Below the pieces are notes generated by a model, which searched no databases, was not told the origin of the DNA, and saw only the letters and a list, made by a program, of their open reading frames with translations. The position numbers and the translations under genes were made by a program. Shown piece after piece: positions 1 through 8,798 of a stretch of 32,000 bases of DNA (positions within the stretch are counted from its first letter, which is position 1; each line of letters opens with the position of its first letter). The stretch lies in the sequence record GU323224.1. The stretch is one strand, 5' to 3'.

Positions 1-20
1 ATTTATTAACGAATAAAACT

Positions 21-52
21 TGAAATTTTCAAAAAGAGTTTTATTACGACTT
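21..52 (+). pseudogene. 32-nt copy of the rpl18 5' end (start codon ATG changed to TTG), 31/32 identical to 20056..20087
   Basis: tgaaattttcaaaaagagttttatta(c/a)gactt. A 26-nt exact run, one mismatch, then 5 more matches. Reads [11 protein letters not shown] then diverges and stops. The 12-mer ttaacgaataaa at 6..17 also matches the rpl18 stop region at 20459..20470. Confidence 0.45.
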
Positions 53-180
53 TTTATTTCATAAAATAGTAGCAAAGTTTGTACTATTTATTTTTGTTCA
101 GTGCTATACTAAAAAAGTAATTACAAAGTTAAAAATTTCTCGCACGGGAGACATAAACTAGAAATTGAATTTACTTGATA

Positions 181-236
181 ATTACTCCTACTAATAAATT
201 ATTTAATAATATGACTAATTTATTAATAGGAGTAAT
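181..236. repeat. Long imperfect hairpin (21-bp stem, one C/A mismatch, 14-nt loop) in the distal IR spacer; IR-B copy at 31853..31908
   Basis: attactcctactaataaatta (181..201) pairs with taatttattaataggagtaat (216..236). Function unknown. Confidence 0.6.
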
Positions 237-354
237 AACGTTGGTAGATAACATATTATCACAAAAGAATTAATAAAAAACTTTATAAACTTTAACATTA
301 TTATTATCAAATTTTCGAAATTAAGGAAAAAAAATTATTGGGTATTTATTCAAC

Positions 355-441
355 TGGGGACGGAGGGACTTGAACCCTCACGCACTATCACTAGGCAACG
401 GATTTTAAGTCCGTCGTGTCTACCAATTCCACCACGTCCCC
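355..441 (-). tRNA. trnL: tRNA-Leu(UAA)
   Basis: Hand-folded cloverleaf from the identical IR-B copy. Acceptor GGGGACG/CGTCCCC plus A, anticodon stem ACGGA/TCCGT, loop CTTAAAA, long variable arm, T arm GAGGG-TTCAAGT-CCCTC. 87 nt. Confidence 0.93.
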
Positions 442-509
442 AAATAGAAATATAAATATATTATATTTTATTTTAGTAAAGAAAAGCAATGATATTGATG
501 TATATTTAA

Positions 510-580
510 AGGCGGCACCCAGATTCGAACTGGGGATAGAGGATTTGCAATCCACTGCCTTACCACTTGGCCATACCGCC
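510..580 (-). tRNA. trnC: tRNA-Cys(GCA)
   Basis: Acceptor GGCGGTA/TGCCGCC plus T, anticodon loop TTGCAAA, T arm CCCAG-TTCGAAT-CTGGG. One U-U mismatch in the anticodon stem. 71 nt. Confidence 0.88.
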
Positions 581-778
581 AAAAATATAGTTGTTTTTAA
601 TTACTATTTATAGTATAATTAAAAGTAGTTTATTGTGCAAATATAGAATAAGAGCCAATAAAAATTTTTATATATTAATCAACCTTTATATTTTTTTAGT
701 GTGAATAGAAAAATTTTTCATAGTTTAAATATCATTTTTATTTATTGTATTGTTAAATAAAAATGCTACTAAAAAAAA

Positions 779-3577
779 ATGTTTGAGAAGTTTACAGAAG
801 GGGCTATTAAAGTAATAATGTTAGGCCAAGAAGAAGCTCGTCGTATGGGGCATAATTTTGTTGGTACAGAACAACTCTTATTGGGTTCAATTGGTCAAAG
901 ACATGGAATCGCTGGACGTGCATTAGCTCAATTAAATATAACATTAAAGAAAACTCGAAAAGAAGTTGAAAAGTATATCGGTCGTGGAAAAGGATATGTT
1001 GCTTCTGAAATACCATTTACACCACGTGCAAAACGTGTACTAGAAATGTCGATTCATGAAGGGCAAGATCTTGGAGTAAATTATGTTGGGACGGAACATA
1101 TTTTATTATCTATATTAACGGAAGGTGAAGGGATTGCAATTCGAACTTTAGATGTTTTACGTGTTAATATTCCAAAATTACGCCATTTAATTCTAACGTA
1201 TATTGAAGAACAGCAAGAAGATATTTTAAAACCTCATTTAACAGATCAAGAAAAATGGGCAATTGCTCGTGACAAAAATGGATTAAAAACACCATCGTTA
1301 GATGCTTATTCAGAAAATATTACAAAAGAAGTTATTGAAAATAAATTAGATCCAGTTATTGGGCGAGATGAAGAAATTAGTGCCTTAGTCAAAGTTTTAG
1401 GTCGTCGTCGAAAAAATAATCCAGTTTTAGTTGGAGAAGCAGGGGTTGGAAAAACTGCATGTGCGGAAGGACTTGCAATATTAATGCAAAGTGTTGATTG
1501 TCCTGACTTTTTAAGAGAACATGTTATTCGTTCGTTAGATCTTGGTTCAGTATTAGCTGGAACAAAATATCGAGGGGAATTTGAAGAACGTATGAAACAT
1601 ATTATTGAAGAAGTTAATAATCATGGAAAAACAATTTTAGTAATTGATGAAATTCATACAATAGTTGGAGCAGGTGCTGCTGAAGGTGCAGTTGATGCAG
1701 CAAATCTTTTAAAACCATCATTAGCGCGAGGAACACTACGTGTAATTGGGGCTACTACATTAGATGAGTATCGACGTTATATTGAAAAAGATCCCGCACT
1801 AGAGCGAAGATTTCATTCCGTTATTGTAGAAGAACCAAGTATTGAAACAACTATTGATATTTTAAGAGGATTAAAACCAGAATTTCAACGTCATCATGCA
1901 TTAGCATATGAAGATTCTTGTCTTGAATTAGCAGCGACACTTTCAAGTCGATTTATTGCCGATCGTAATTTACCAGATAAAGCTATAGATGTTATCGATG
2001 AAGCAGGTGCTCGTGTACGCTTACGAAATCAAACTTTACCTGAAGGTTTACAAAAATTGCTTTTAGAATTGCACGAAACATTAGGTGATAAACATGATGC
2101 TATTGCACAAAATCAATTCAGTTTAGCTAAAGAATTATTGAATCATGAAATCGAAGTTCGAACACATTTACGAATTATGCGATTTGCAATGACAACTAAA
2201 AAGGAATTTTCAAAATATTCAACACCTGGTGGGCCTCGAATTGATGGTGTTGTTGACTCAGATGTGACGAAAGTTGTTTCTGCATGGACTGGAATTCCCA
2301 CAACAAAAATTAATCAATCAGAAAATGAACGTCTAAAATTAATGGAAGACATTTTACATGAACGATTAATTGGTCAACATCATGCCATTACAGCTGTTTC
2401 GAAAGCTGTAAGACGAGCACGGGTTGGTATTCAAGATCCAAAACGTCCAATTGCAAGTTTTATTTTCGCAGGTCCTACTGGGGTTGGGAAAACGGAATTA
2501 ACAAAAACTTTAGCCGAGTACATGTTCGATGATGAAAAAAACTTAATTCGATTCGACATGTCGGAATTTATGGAACGACATACTGTTGCTAAATTAATTG
2601 GTTCTCCTCCCGGTTATGTAGGTTTCCAAGATGGTGGTCAATTAACTGAAGCTGTAAGAAAAAAACCATATTCAATTGTTTTATTCGATGAAGTTGAAAA
2701 AGCACACCCTGATGTTTTTAATATTTTTTTACAAATATTAGATGATGGTCATTTAACAGATTCAACTGGTCGCGTTGTTAGTTTTAAAAATACTATTATT
2801 GTAATGACAACGAATTTAGGTTCGCGAGTAATTGAAAGAGAATCACCTGTACTAGCTAAAGAAAAAATTGGATTTGGTCGTAATTTAGATCCTGCAGCTA
2901 TAGAAGGCAAAAGAATTGAATTACAAATAAATTCTGATGGAACTTTTTCTTTAAAACCCCCGGTTAAAAAAGAAGTAACAGCAGAAGATGAAGAAAAATA
3001 TCTTCACATCTCAGAGTTAGTACAAGAAGAATTAAAAAAATTCTTCCGCCCAGAATTTTTAAATCGAATCGATGATATTATTGTTTTTAATCATTTGTCA
3101 AAACATGATATTTGGGAAATTTGTGGTTTGATGTTAAATTCACTAAAAAAACGACTAGGCGAACAAGGAGCAGTTTTAAATATTGATAATGCTGTTCGAT
3201 TCTTTCTTGCTGAAGAAGGTTATGATCCAATATATGGAGCTCGACCATTACGTAGATCAATTACAAAATTCTTAGAAGATAAATTAGCTGAAGAATGTTT
3301 AAGCTATACTTTACATGAAGGCACAAATATAAATGTTACTCAAAAAATAAAGCCAGATATTTACGGAAGTAGACCAGTCTATTCACCGATATTTGACGAT
3401 ATTTACAAAAGAGAAATTGAAATTACATTTGATTACAGTAATGTTGACTTTAGTCAAGTTGCAGACGTAGAAGAGAAAGATAAAACTAATGATCGTATTG
3501 AAAAAGAACCTTCACTACGACAAAAAATTATTGAAGCTAACAAGCGTCTAGAAGGACGAAAAATAGAACATGCTTAA
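779..3577 (+). CDS. clpC: ATP-dependent Clp protease ATP-binding subunit ClpC (Hsp100 class I AAA+), IR copy A
   Basis: 932-aa ORF. Double Clp_N repeat at the N terminus ([18 protein letters not shown]..., [12 protein letters not shown]...). Two Walker A motifs ([16 protein letters not shown]), UVR-like linker, [10 protein letters not shown] and GARPLRR signatures. Confidence 0.97.
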   Translation: MFEKFTEGAIKVIMLGQEEARRMGHNFVGTEQLLLGSIGQRHGIAGRALAQLNITLKKTRKEVEKYIGRGKGYVASEIPFTPRAKRVLEMSIHEGQDLGVNYVGTEHILLSILTEGEGIAIRTLDVLRVNIPKLRHLILTYIEEQQEDILKPHLTDQEKWAIARDKNGLKTPSLDAYSENITKEVIENKLDPVIGRDEEISALVKVLGRRRKNNPVLVGEAGVGKTACAEGLAILMQSVDCPDFLREHVIRSLDLGSVLAGTKYRGEFEERMKHIIEEVNNHGKTILVIDEIHTIVGAGAAEGAVDAANLLKPSLARGTLRVIGATTLDEYRRYIEKDPALERRFHSVIVEEPSIETTIDILRGLKPEFQRHHALAYEDSCLELAATLSSRFIADRNLPDKAIDVIDEAGARVRLRNQTLPEGLQKLLLELHETLGDKHDAIAQNQFSLAKELLNHEIEVRTHLRIMRFAMTTKKEFSKYSTPGGPRIDGVVDSDVTKVVSAWTGIPTTKINQSENERLKLMEDILHERLIGQHHAITAVSKAVRRARVGIQDPKRPIASFIFAGPTGVGKTELTKTLAEYMFDDEKNLIRFDMSEFMERHTVAKLIGSPPGYVGFQDGGQLTEAVRKKPYSIVLFDEVEKAHPDVFNIFLQILDDGHLTDSTGRVVSFKNTIIVMTTNLGSRVIERESPVLAKEKIGFGRNLDPAAIEGKRIELQINSDGTFSLKPPVKKEVTAEDEEKYLHISELVQEELKKFFRPEFLNRIDDIIVFNHLSKHDIWEICGLMLNSLKKRLGEQGAVLNIDNAVRFFLAEEGYDPIYGARPLRRSITKFLEDKLAEECLSYTLHEGTNINVTQKIKPDIYGSRPVYSPIFDDIYKREIEITFDYSNVDFSQVADVEEKDKTNDRIEKEPSLRQKIIEANKRLEGRKIEHA

Positions 3578-3632
3578 TGATGTAAAAATAGAAGAAGTAA
3601 GTATGTGTATGAGCATATTTTAGTTTAGTTTT

Positions 3633-3683
3633 TAAAACAATTGGAAATAATTTATATATTAATAAATTTTTCCAATTGTTTTA
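3633..3683 (+). terminator. Stem-loop downstream of clpC (15-bp perfect stem)
   Basis: taaaacaattggaaa (3633..3647) pairs with tttccaattgtttta (3669..3683), 56 nt after the clpC stop. Confidence 0.4.
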
Positions 3684-3810
3684 CTTATTTATTTAATTTA
3701 AAAGAAAAATTCTATTGAAGAATTTGACTTATTTTAGATTTTTTAGAATAACAACTTGGATTGTATGGGGTAAAGCCAAGAATCAAACGCTAAAAGATCA
3801 AGGAGGTGGT

Positions 3811-3894
3811 GTGGTCACTCCGCTTACGTTTGCCTTAATTTTTTTCTGTGGCGCATTAACTGTAGAGTTAATCGGAAGATTCTTTGTGGATTAA
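3811..3894 (+). CDS. Candidate 27-codon hydrophobic peptide ORF (GTG start) inside a GC-enriched island of the IR
   Basis: AAGGAGG at 3800..3806, GTG at 3811. Peptide MVTPLTFALIFFCGALTVELIGRFFVD, stop TAA 3892..3894. No in-frame ATG; the frame is open back to 3697. Local GC is clearly above the surrounding spacer. Confidence 0.25.
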   Translation: MVTPLTFALIFFCGALTVELIGRFFVD

Positions 3895-3902
3895 TTTCAA
3901 AA

Positions 3903-3934
3903 GAATTCGTAAAAATAATTATTTCTACGAATTC
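3903..3934. terminator. Stem-loop gaattcgta / tacgaattc
   Basis: 9-bp perfect stem (3903..3911 with 3926..3934), A/T-rich loop. Confidence 0.3.
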
Positions 3935-3941
3935 AACCTAA

Positions 3942-3979
3942 AGAAGAATATGAATGCATTTCTACATTCATATTTTTCT
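3942..3979. terminator. 15-bp stem-loop just inside the IR boundary; lies 3' of groEL here and 3' of rps10 in the IR-B copy
   Basis: agaagaatatgaatg (3942..3956) pairs with cattcatatttttct (3965..3979) with one G-U, 8-nt loop. It sits 11 nt beyond the groEL stop (3990..3992). Confidence 0.5.
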
Positions 3980-3989
3980 AGATTGTTAA

Positions 3990-5582
3990 TTAATTTTTTT
4001 TCATATCATCAACAATAATACACTCTGTTGTTAAAATCATACTTGCAATTGAAGTTGCATTTTGTAATCCTGAACGAGTTACTTTTGCAGGATCAACGAC
4101 ACCTTCTTTATACATATTTCCAAATACATTTTTGGCAGCATCATAACCTATTTCAAATTCTTGTTCTTGAACTTTTCCAATAATCACAGGTCCATTAATT
4201 CCTGCATTTTCAGCAATCCGTTTTAATGGCGCAACGATAGCACGTGAAATAATAAGAGCACCAATGAGTTCATCTTCTTTTAAGTTATTTTTTGCCCATG
4301 TGACTAAGTTCTCTGATAAATGAGTTAGAGTTGCACCTCCACCCGGAACAATTCCTTCCTCAACAGCCGCTCGTGTTGCATTTATGGCATCTTCTAAGCG
4401 TAATTTTTTATCTTTCATTTCAGTTTCGGTTACTGCACCTACGCGTAAAACCGCAATACCGCCCGAAAGTTTAGCAATACGATCTTGTAATTTTTCTTTT
4501 TCATAAGCCGTTTCAACAAGATTAACTTGTTTTCGCAATTGTTCACAACGTGCTTTGATATTTTCAATTTCCAAACCATCACCAACAATAGTTGTTGTAT
4601 CTTTAGTGACAATAATACGGCGTGCTTCACCTAATAAGTTTAATTGAATATTATCTAGACTTAACCCTGCATCTTGAGTAATAACTGTCCCACCAGTCAA
4701 AACTGCAATATCTTGTAACATTAATTTACGTAATTCTCCGAACCCGGGGGCACGAACAGCAACTACATTTACAATACCTCTCAATTTATTTAAAATTAAA
4801 GTTGCTAAAGCTTCTTTTTCAACATCTTCAGCAATAATTAATAATGGTCGTTTAGTTTTTGTAATTTGTTCTAAAATTGGTAACAAATCTTGCTGAACTA
4901 ATGTAATACGTTTATCTGTTAATAAGATATATGGATTTTCATAAGATACTTCCATTTTTTCTGTATCAGTTATAAAATATGGTGATATGAATCCTTTTTC
5001 TAACTTCATACCTTCCGTAATTTCTAACTCAGTAACAATTCCTTTTCCTTCTTCCAATGAAATCACACCTTCTTTACCAACTTTTGCTAATGCATCGGCT
5101 ATCAAAGCTCCAATTATATTATCGTTACCCGCAGAAATAGATGCTACTTGTTTTATTGCTTGAATATCTTCAACAGGTTGTGCAAATTCATTTATCTGCA
5201 TAACTAAATATTGCGTGGCTTTCTCCATCCCCAATTTTATAGAAATCGGATTTGCACCAGCTGCAACATTTTTTAATCCTTCTTTAACCATAGCATAGGC
5301 AAGAACAGTTGCGGTTGTTGTACCATCTCCAGCGACGTCATTTGTTTTGGCAGCCGCTTGACGAATTAAAGAAACACCAGTATTTTCGATATGATCTTCA
5401 AGGTTAATTTCTTTAGCAATAGTTACTCCATCATTTACAATTTGTGGAGATCCATAAGTTTTTTCTAATACAACATTGCGTCCTTTTGGACCTAGCGTTA
5501 CTGAAACAGCTTCTACCATTATTTCCATACCACGTTCTAATGCACGTCGTGCATTATCTTGGTATAATATTTTTTTTGCCAT
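3990..5582 (-). CDS. groEL: Chaperonin GroEL (Cpn60)
   Basis: 530-aa [21 protein letters not shown]..., [13 protein letters not shown] and GGGATL motifs typical of GroEL. Confidence 0.97.
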   Translation of the reverse strand: MAKKILYQDNARRALERGMEIMVEAVSVTLGPKGRNVVLEKTYGSPQIVNDGVTIAKEINLEDHIENTGVSLIRQAAAKTNDVAGDGTTTATVLAYAMVKEGLKNVAAGANPISIKLGMEKATQYLVMQINEFAQPVEDIQAIKQVASISAGNDNIIGALIADALAKVGKEGVISLEEGKGIVTELEITEGMKLEKGFISPYFITDTEKMEVSYENPYILLTDKRITLVQQDLLPILEQITKTKRPLLIIAEDVEKEALATLILNKLRGIVNVVAVRAPGFGELRKLMLQDIAVLTGGTVITQDAGLSLDNIQLNLLGEARRIIVTKDTTTIVGDGLEIENIKARCEQLRKQVNLVETAYEKEKLQDRIAKLSGGIAVLRVGAVTETEMKDKKLRLEDAINATRAAVEEGIVPGGGATLTHLSENLVTWAKNNLKEDELIGALIISRAIVAPLKRIAENAGINGPVIIGKVQEQEFEIGYDAAKNVFGNMYKEGVVDPAKVTRSGLQNATSIASMILTTECIIVDDMKKN

Positions 5583-5745
5583 AGAATATGATTTTAATAA
5601 ATTTACAAAAATTGTAGATATCTTTAACTTTAAAATAATATTCTATTATTCGGCAAGCTAAAATTTTAATTTTATTAAAATTTTTTCATTTAAAAGCTTT
5701 ACGAAAAAGAAGAATAACTAGTATTATTAAATAGTAATATAGTTT

Positions 5746-5819
5746 GGGCTTGTAGCTCAGTGGACTAGAGCACGTGGCTACGAACTACGGTGTCAGGGGT
5801 TCGAATCCCTTCTTGCCCA
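5746..5819 (+). tRNA. trnR: tRNA-Arg(ACG)
   Basis: D arm GCTC-AGTGGACTA-GAGC, anticodon stem CGTGG/CTACG, loop CTACGAA, T arm AGGGG-TTCGAAT-CCCTT. Acceptor GGGCTTG/CTTGCCC has two U-U mismatches (5:68, 6:67). Confidence 0.8.
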
Positions 5820-5872
5820 ATATAATTGTATAAAATAAAAATACAATTAACTTAATCACTATATTACTATGC

Positions 5873-5944
5873 TGGGGTGTCGCCAAGTGGTAAGGCTGTG
5901 GACTTTGACTCCGCCATTCGTAGGTTCGAATCCTGCCACCCCAG
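5873..5944 (+). tRNA. trnQ: tRNA-Gln(UUG)
   Basis: Acceptor TGGGGTG/CACCCCA plus G, anticodon stem GTGGA/TCCGC, loop CTTTGAC, T arm GTAGG-TTCGAAT-CCTGC. 72 nt. Confidence 0.9.
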
Positions 5945-5988
5945 TTTTTAGTATAAATTTCTATTGTATAAAAAAAATTACTAAGATT

Positions 5989-6333
5989 ATGAAAGCTCGT
6001 ATTCAATTTATTAAAGGTACAAATGAGAATATTTTACCCGATATACGATTAACACGGTCAAGAGATGGAAGTACTGGAACCGCAACTTTTCGATTTAAAA
6101 ATGCTAACATTTTAGATAAGAGTTTAGCATTAAATGGTGAAATTACAGGTATGTATATGATTGATATTGAAGGAATTTTAGAAACTCGTGATGTAACTGC
6201 CTGTTTTATTAAAGGAAAACCTAAAGCTGTCCAAGCGATCTATATTATGAAGAGTTCTGATGAGTGGAATCGATTTATGCGATTTATGAAAAGATATAGT
6301 CAAGGTAACGATTTAGTATTTACAAAAGCCTAA
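5989..6333 (+). CDS. psb28: Photosystem II reaction centre protein Psb28 (formerly psbW/ycf79)
   Basis: 114 aa from the internal ATG at 5989 ([10 protein letters not shown]...[17 protein letters not shown]...). The upstream part of the 5869 ORF overlaps trnQ and is not coding. Confidence 0.9.
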   Translation: MKARIQFIKGTNENILPDIRLTRSRDGSTGTATFRFKNANILDKSLALNGEITGMYMIDIEGILETRDVTACFIKGKPKAVQAIYIMKSSDEWNRFMRFMKRYSQGNDLVFTKA

Positions 6334-6376
6334 AATAAATCTGTAATAATATTATTTTATTCACTTTAAAAAAAAT

Positions 6377-6589
6377 CTATCCGCCTCCAACGATCGTTAC
6401 TATTTCTAGCCGATCTTGATCATTAATATAAATCGTAGTCCAATTTTCTCTTGAGCAGATAAAGTTATTATATTCAAGAACTAAAAGAGAAGAACTATAA
6501 TTAAAATACGTAATTACATCTAATAAATTAATTGTTTTCGATGTAAAAAATTTTTCACCATTTAAAAAAAAACTTTTTGCATTTTTCAT
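6377..6589 (-). CDS. thiS: Sulfur carrier protein ThiS
   Basis: 70-aa ORF ending in ...IVTIVGGG, the C-terminal Gly-Gly of ThiS/MoaD-type carriers. thiG is nearby. Confidence 0.8.
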   Translation of the reverse strand: MKNAKSFFLNGEKFFTSKTINLLDVITYFNYSSSLLVLEYNNFICSRENWTTIYINDQDRLEIVTIVGGG

Positions 6590-6675
6590 ATTAAAATTTT
6601 AAAAAATAGAATATTTTTTTAAGAACCTAGACGTGAGCTATTATAACTTGGTATAGTGAAGTAAGTAAATAGTTT

Positions 6676-6750
6676 GGCGGGTGTGGCCAAGTGGTTAAGG
6701 CAGTGGGTTGTGATTCCACCATTCGCCGGTTCAAGTCCGGTCACTCGCCC
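6676..6750 (+). tRNA. trnH: tRNA-His(GUG) with encoded G-1
   Basis: Extra 5' G pairs with C73. Acceptor GCGGGTG/CACTCGC(C), anticodon stem GTGGG/TCCAC, loop TTGTGAT, T arm GCCGG-TTCAAGT-CCGGT. Confidence 0.9.
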
Positions 6751-6796
6751 TACTTTAAATATTGTTAAAATAAAAAACATAAGAAAAATCAAATAT

Positions 6797-6811
6797 TATA
6801 TATATATATAT
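6797..6811. repeat. (TA)7 microsatellite immediately upstream of rps4
   Basis: Alternating TA run read directly from the sequence. Confidence 0.9.
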
Positions 6812-6818
6812 TAGTTTT

Positions 6819-7436
6819 ATGTCACGCTATCGAGGACCAAAATTACGGATTACCAGACGATTAGGTAAATTACCGGGTTTAACACAAAAAACATCAAAAA
6901 AAACGGCACGACCAGGTCAACATGGAAAGACACTTGGCGACGGGAAGAAAAAAACGACAGAATATGGTTTACGACTAGAAGAAAAACAAAAATTAAAATT
7001 TAATTATGGTATAACAGAAAGTCAATTATACCACTATATTAAAGAAGCACGTCGTCGAAAAGGAGTAACTGGTTTAATTTTATTACAATTATTAGAAATG
7101 CGACTAGATACTATTTGTTTCTCTTTGGGATTTGCGCCAACAATTGCTGCAGCACGCCAAATTGTAAATCACGGGCATATTACTGTTAATAATAAAGTAG
7201 TCGATATTCCAAGTTTTCAATGTCAAATTAATGATGTAATTGGTGTGAAAGCAAAATCAACATCAAAAAATATAATTGAAAATAATATCAAAACAATTAA
7301 TTTTATTGAGCCTCCAACACATTTAATATTAGATAAATCTAAATTAGAAGGAACAGTTAAAAATTATTGTGATCGAAACGAGCTATTATTAGATCTTAAT
7401 GAATTGTTAGTTATTGAATATTATTCACGACGATAA
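6819..7436 (+). CDS. rps4: 30S ribosomal protein S4
   Basis: 205 aa. [16 protein letters not shown]... is the canonical uS4 N terminus. Confidence 0.96.
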   Translation: MSRYRGPKLRITRRLGKLPGLTQKTSKKTARPGQHGKTLGDGKKKTTEYGLRLEEKQKLKFNYGITESQLYHYIKEARRRKGVTGLILLQLLEMRLDTICFSLGFAPTIAAARQIVNHGHITVNNKVVDIPSFQCQINDVIGVKAKSTSKNIIENNIKTINFIEPPTHLILDKSKLEGTVKNYCDRNELLLDLNELLVIEYYSRR

Positions 7437-7466
7437 ATTGAAAATTTTTACTTTATAAATTACTTT

Positions 7467-7718
7467 ATGTTACGATTACGATTAAAACGAAACGGAAGAA
7501 AACGACAACCGACATATCGTCTAGTTATAATGGAGAATACAACTCGACGAAATGGTAGACCTGTTGATGAAGTTGGTTACTATAATCCAATTACCAAAGA
7601 GTCTTATTTCAATGAAGAAAAAATTGCAAAATGGTTAAATCATGGTGTTAAACCGACAACAACTGTTTTTCAATTATTATTAAAGGCTAATCTTATTCAA
7701 AAAAAAATACCTTCTTAA
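7467..7718 (+). CDS. rps16: 30S ribosomal protein S16
   Basis: 83 aa. MLRLRLKRNGRKRQPTYRLV... is the canonical bS16 start. Confidence 0.95.
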   Translation: MLRLRLKRNGRKRQPTYRLVIMENTTRRNGRPVDEVGYYNPITKESYFNEEKIAKWLNHGVKPTTTVFQLLLKANLIQKKIPS

Positions 7719-7734
7719 AAAAAGAAAATTACAG

Positions 7735-7790
7735 ATTATAAAATCAACAATAAATAAGAAATCAAATCTATTTATTGTTGATTTTATAAT
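7735..7790 (+). terminator. Perfect 22-bp stem-loop downstream of rps16
   Basis: attataaaatcaacaataaata (7735..7756) pairs with tatttattgttgattttataat (7769..7790), 12-nt loop. Confidence 0.6.
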
Positions 7791-7823
7791 ATTATGCATT
7801 AGTAAGTTTTAGGCTTGCATAGG

Positions 7824-7840
7824 TATATATATATATATAT
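7824..7840. repeat. (TA)8 microsatellite
   Basis: Alternating TA run read directly from the sequence. Confidence 0.9.
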
Positions 7841-8486
7841 TCCATCTACATGTTCAGATGCCATAATCAAAATTATTTTGTTTTTGTAGTTGGTTAAAAT
7901 ATATTATAAGTCCTTAACTAGTAAAATTTAAGTAAAAAATAAAATGAAAAGCTCTGACAGTATGGAAACAATCATCGCTATTACGGTTCGAGTTTATTCA
8001 TCATATAGTGTTAAAAATCCAAGTGACATTGTAAAATTATTATTGGAAGCAGCTACTTGAAGGTTATAATAAAAGAAATCGTATCAAAAGTTATTGAAAA
8101 TGCGCTACTAATTTTTTAAGCTAGAGGCTTCATTGAAACTACCAAGATAATTCTTAATAGTACTGATTCAATATAGTCAAAATTAAGTGCAACGAAACTA
8201 ATCGTTCATTTTGTGCATATTTAACGTGGTATATCCGGTCAAATGTGTAATTTTATTATCACATTGTGAGATTGAGTAGCAAATTATCTACTGCTTTAGT
8301 AGTAGAAACTACTAGACAAGTATTAGAGGAGATAATTTAATGGATCCTGATCTATATAGGGAGATTCTTGATTGAAATTACTTATTAAATAGAGACATAT
8401 GATAATTGAGACTAATAAACTAAAAATTGACATTTATCTTCAATCTTAGGTAGTATAATTCTAAATTATCTAAATAATAAATCTTT

Positions 8487-8798
8487 ATGTCAGCACCAAT
8501 AAAATATGAAATGATGATTCTTTTAACAGAAGAATTTAATGACAATGAATTAAAAAATTGGGCTTTTAATTATGCAAAAGCATTGCGAAAATTAAATGCT
8601 TCTGAGATTTCTGTAATTTCACGAGGAAAACGTGATTTAGCTTATGAAATTTCAAATCAAAAACGTGGAAATTTTATTCAAATTAATTTCTCAAGTATTC
8701 CGAAACATGCTGAAGAATTTTTAAGCAGTTTAAAATTTGATATAAATGTTTTAAGATTTTTAATTTTAAATAAAACAAATAATGTAAAAAGTTTTTAA
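8487..8798 (+). CDS. rps6: 30S ribosomal protein S6
   Basis: 103 aa. YEMMILL...ISRGKRDLAYEI...G.FIQINF pattern typical of bS6. Confidence 0.9.
   Translation: MSAPIKYEMMILLTEEFNDNELKNWAFNYAKALRKLNASEISVISRGKRDLAYEISNQKRGNFIQINFSSIPKHAEEFLSSLKFDINVLRFLILNKTNNVKSF

Larger units (their letters stand above)
1..3991. repeat. Inverted repeat arm A (IR-A), truncated by the window start
   Basis: Reverse complement of 28098..32000 (x pairs with 32089-x). The clpC ORFs in both arms translate identically over 932 aa and the tRNAs and spacers I compared are identical. The match breaks at 3992/28097. Positions 1..88 have their partner outside the window. Confidence 0.97.

Noticed and set aside
391-613. 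ORFs 391..582(-) and 416..613(+), and their IR-B mirrors 31476..31698
   Set aside because: They run straight through trnL(UAA) and trnC(GCA). Their only GC-rich, stop-free parts are the tRNA genes themselves.
807-1016. Antisense or alternative-frame ORFs inside large genes: 807..1016, 4439..4630, 11154..11514, 12647..12829, 13373..13604, 14190..14375, 14628..14858, 15573..15761, 17400..17630, 17886..18080, 18698..18976, 20326..20547, 23376..23558, 24190..24441, 25544..25804, 26343..26534, 26602..27461, 31073..31282
   Set aside because: All are nested in or antisense to well-supported conserved genes, have low-complexity or Leu/His/Gln-rich products, and lack SD or start context. These are typical shadow ORFs.
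3800-3812. Minus-strand CCACCTCCTT looks like the anti-Shine-Dalgarno 3' end of 16S rRNA
   Set aside because: There is no flanking 16S-like sequence (no GATCACCTCCTT context, no helix 45). It is more simply the complement of the AAGGAGGTGG upstream of the small ORF.
5785-6006. ORF 5785..6006(-) and the 5' 120 nt of ORF 5869..6333(+)
   Set aside because: They overlap trnR(ACG) and trnQ(UUG). The Psb28 homology begins only at the internal ATG 5989.
8427-8459. TTGACA ... TATAAT promoter-like pair upstream of rps6
   Set aside because: The spacer is 21 nt, outside the 16-18 nt functional range. Such hexamers arise easily in A/T-rich DNA. The TTGAAT/TATAAC pair at 12248..12276 has correct 17-nt spacing but is also unverifiable, so it is not listed as a feature.
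7719-8486. tmRNA (ssrA), SRP RNA (ffs), RNase P RNA (rnpB) or group II intron domain V in the rps16-rps6 spacer
   Set aside because: No GGGG/CCCC run exists for a tRNA-Ala-like tmRNA acceptor. The GGTTCGA at about 7985 has no complementary T stem. GGAAGCAGC at 8045..8053 resembles the SRP helix-8 3' strand but lacks the preceding CC-GNRA tetraloop. No GAGGAAAGTCC-type P4 element and no symmetric domain V helix are present. The question remains open as an unknown (see findings), but none of these specific calls is supportable.
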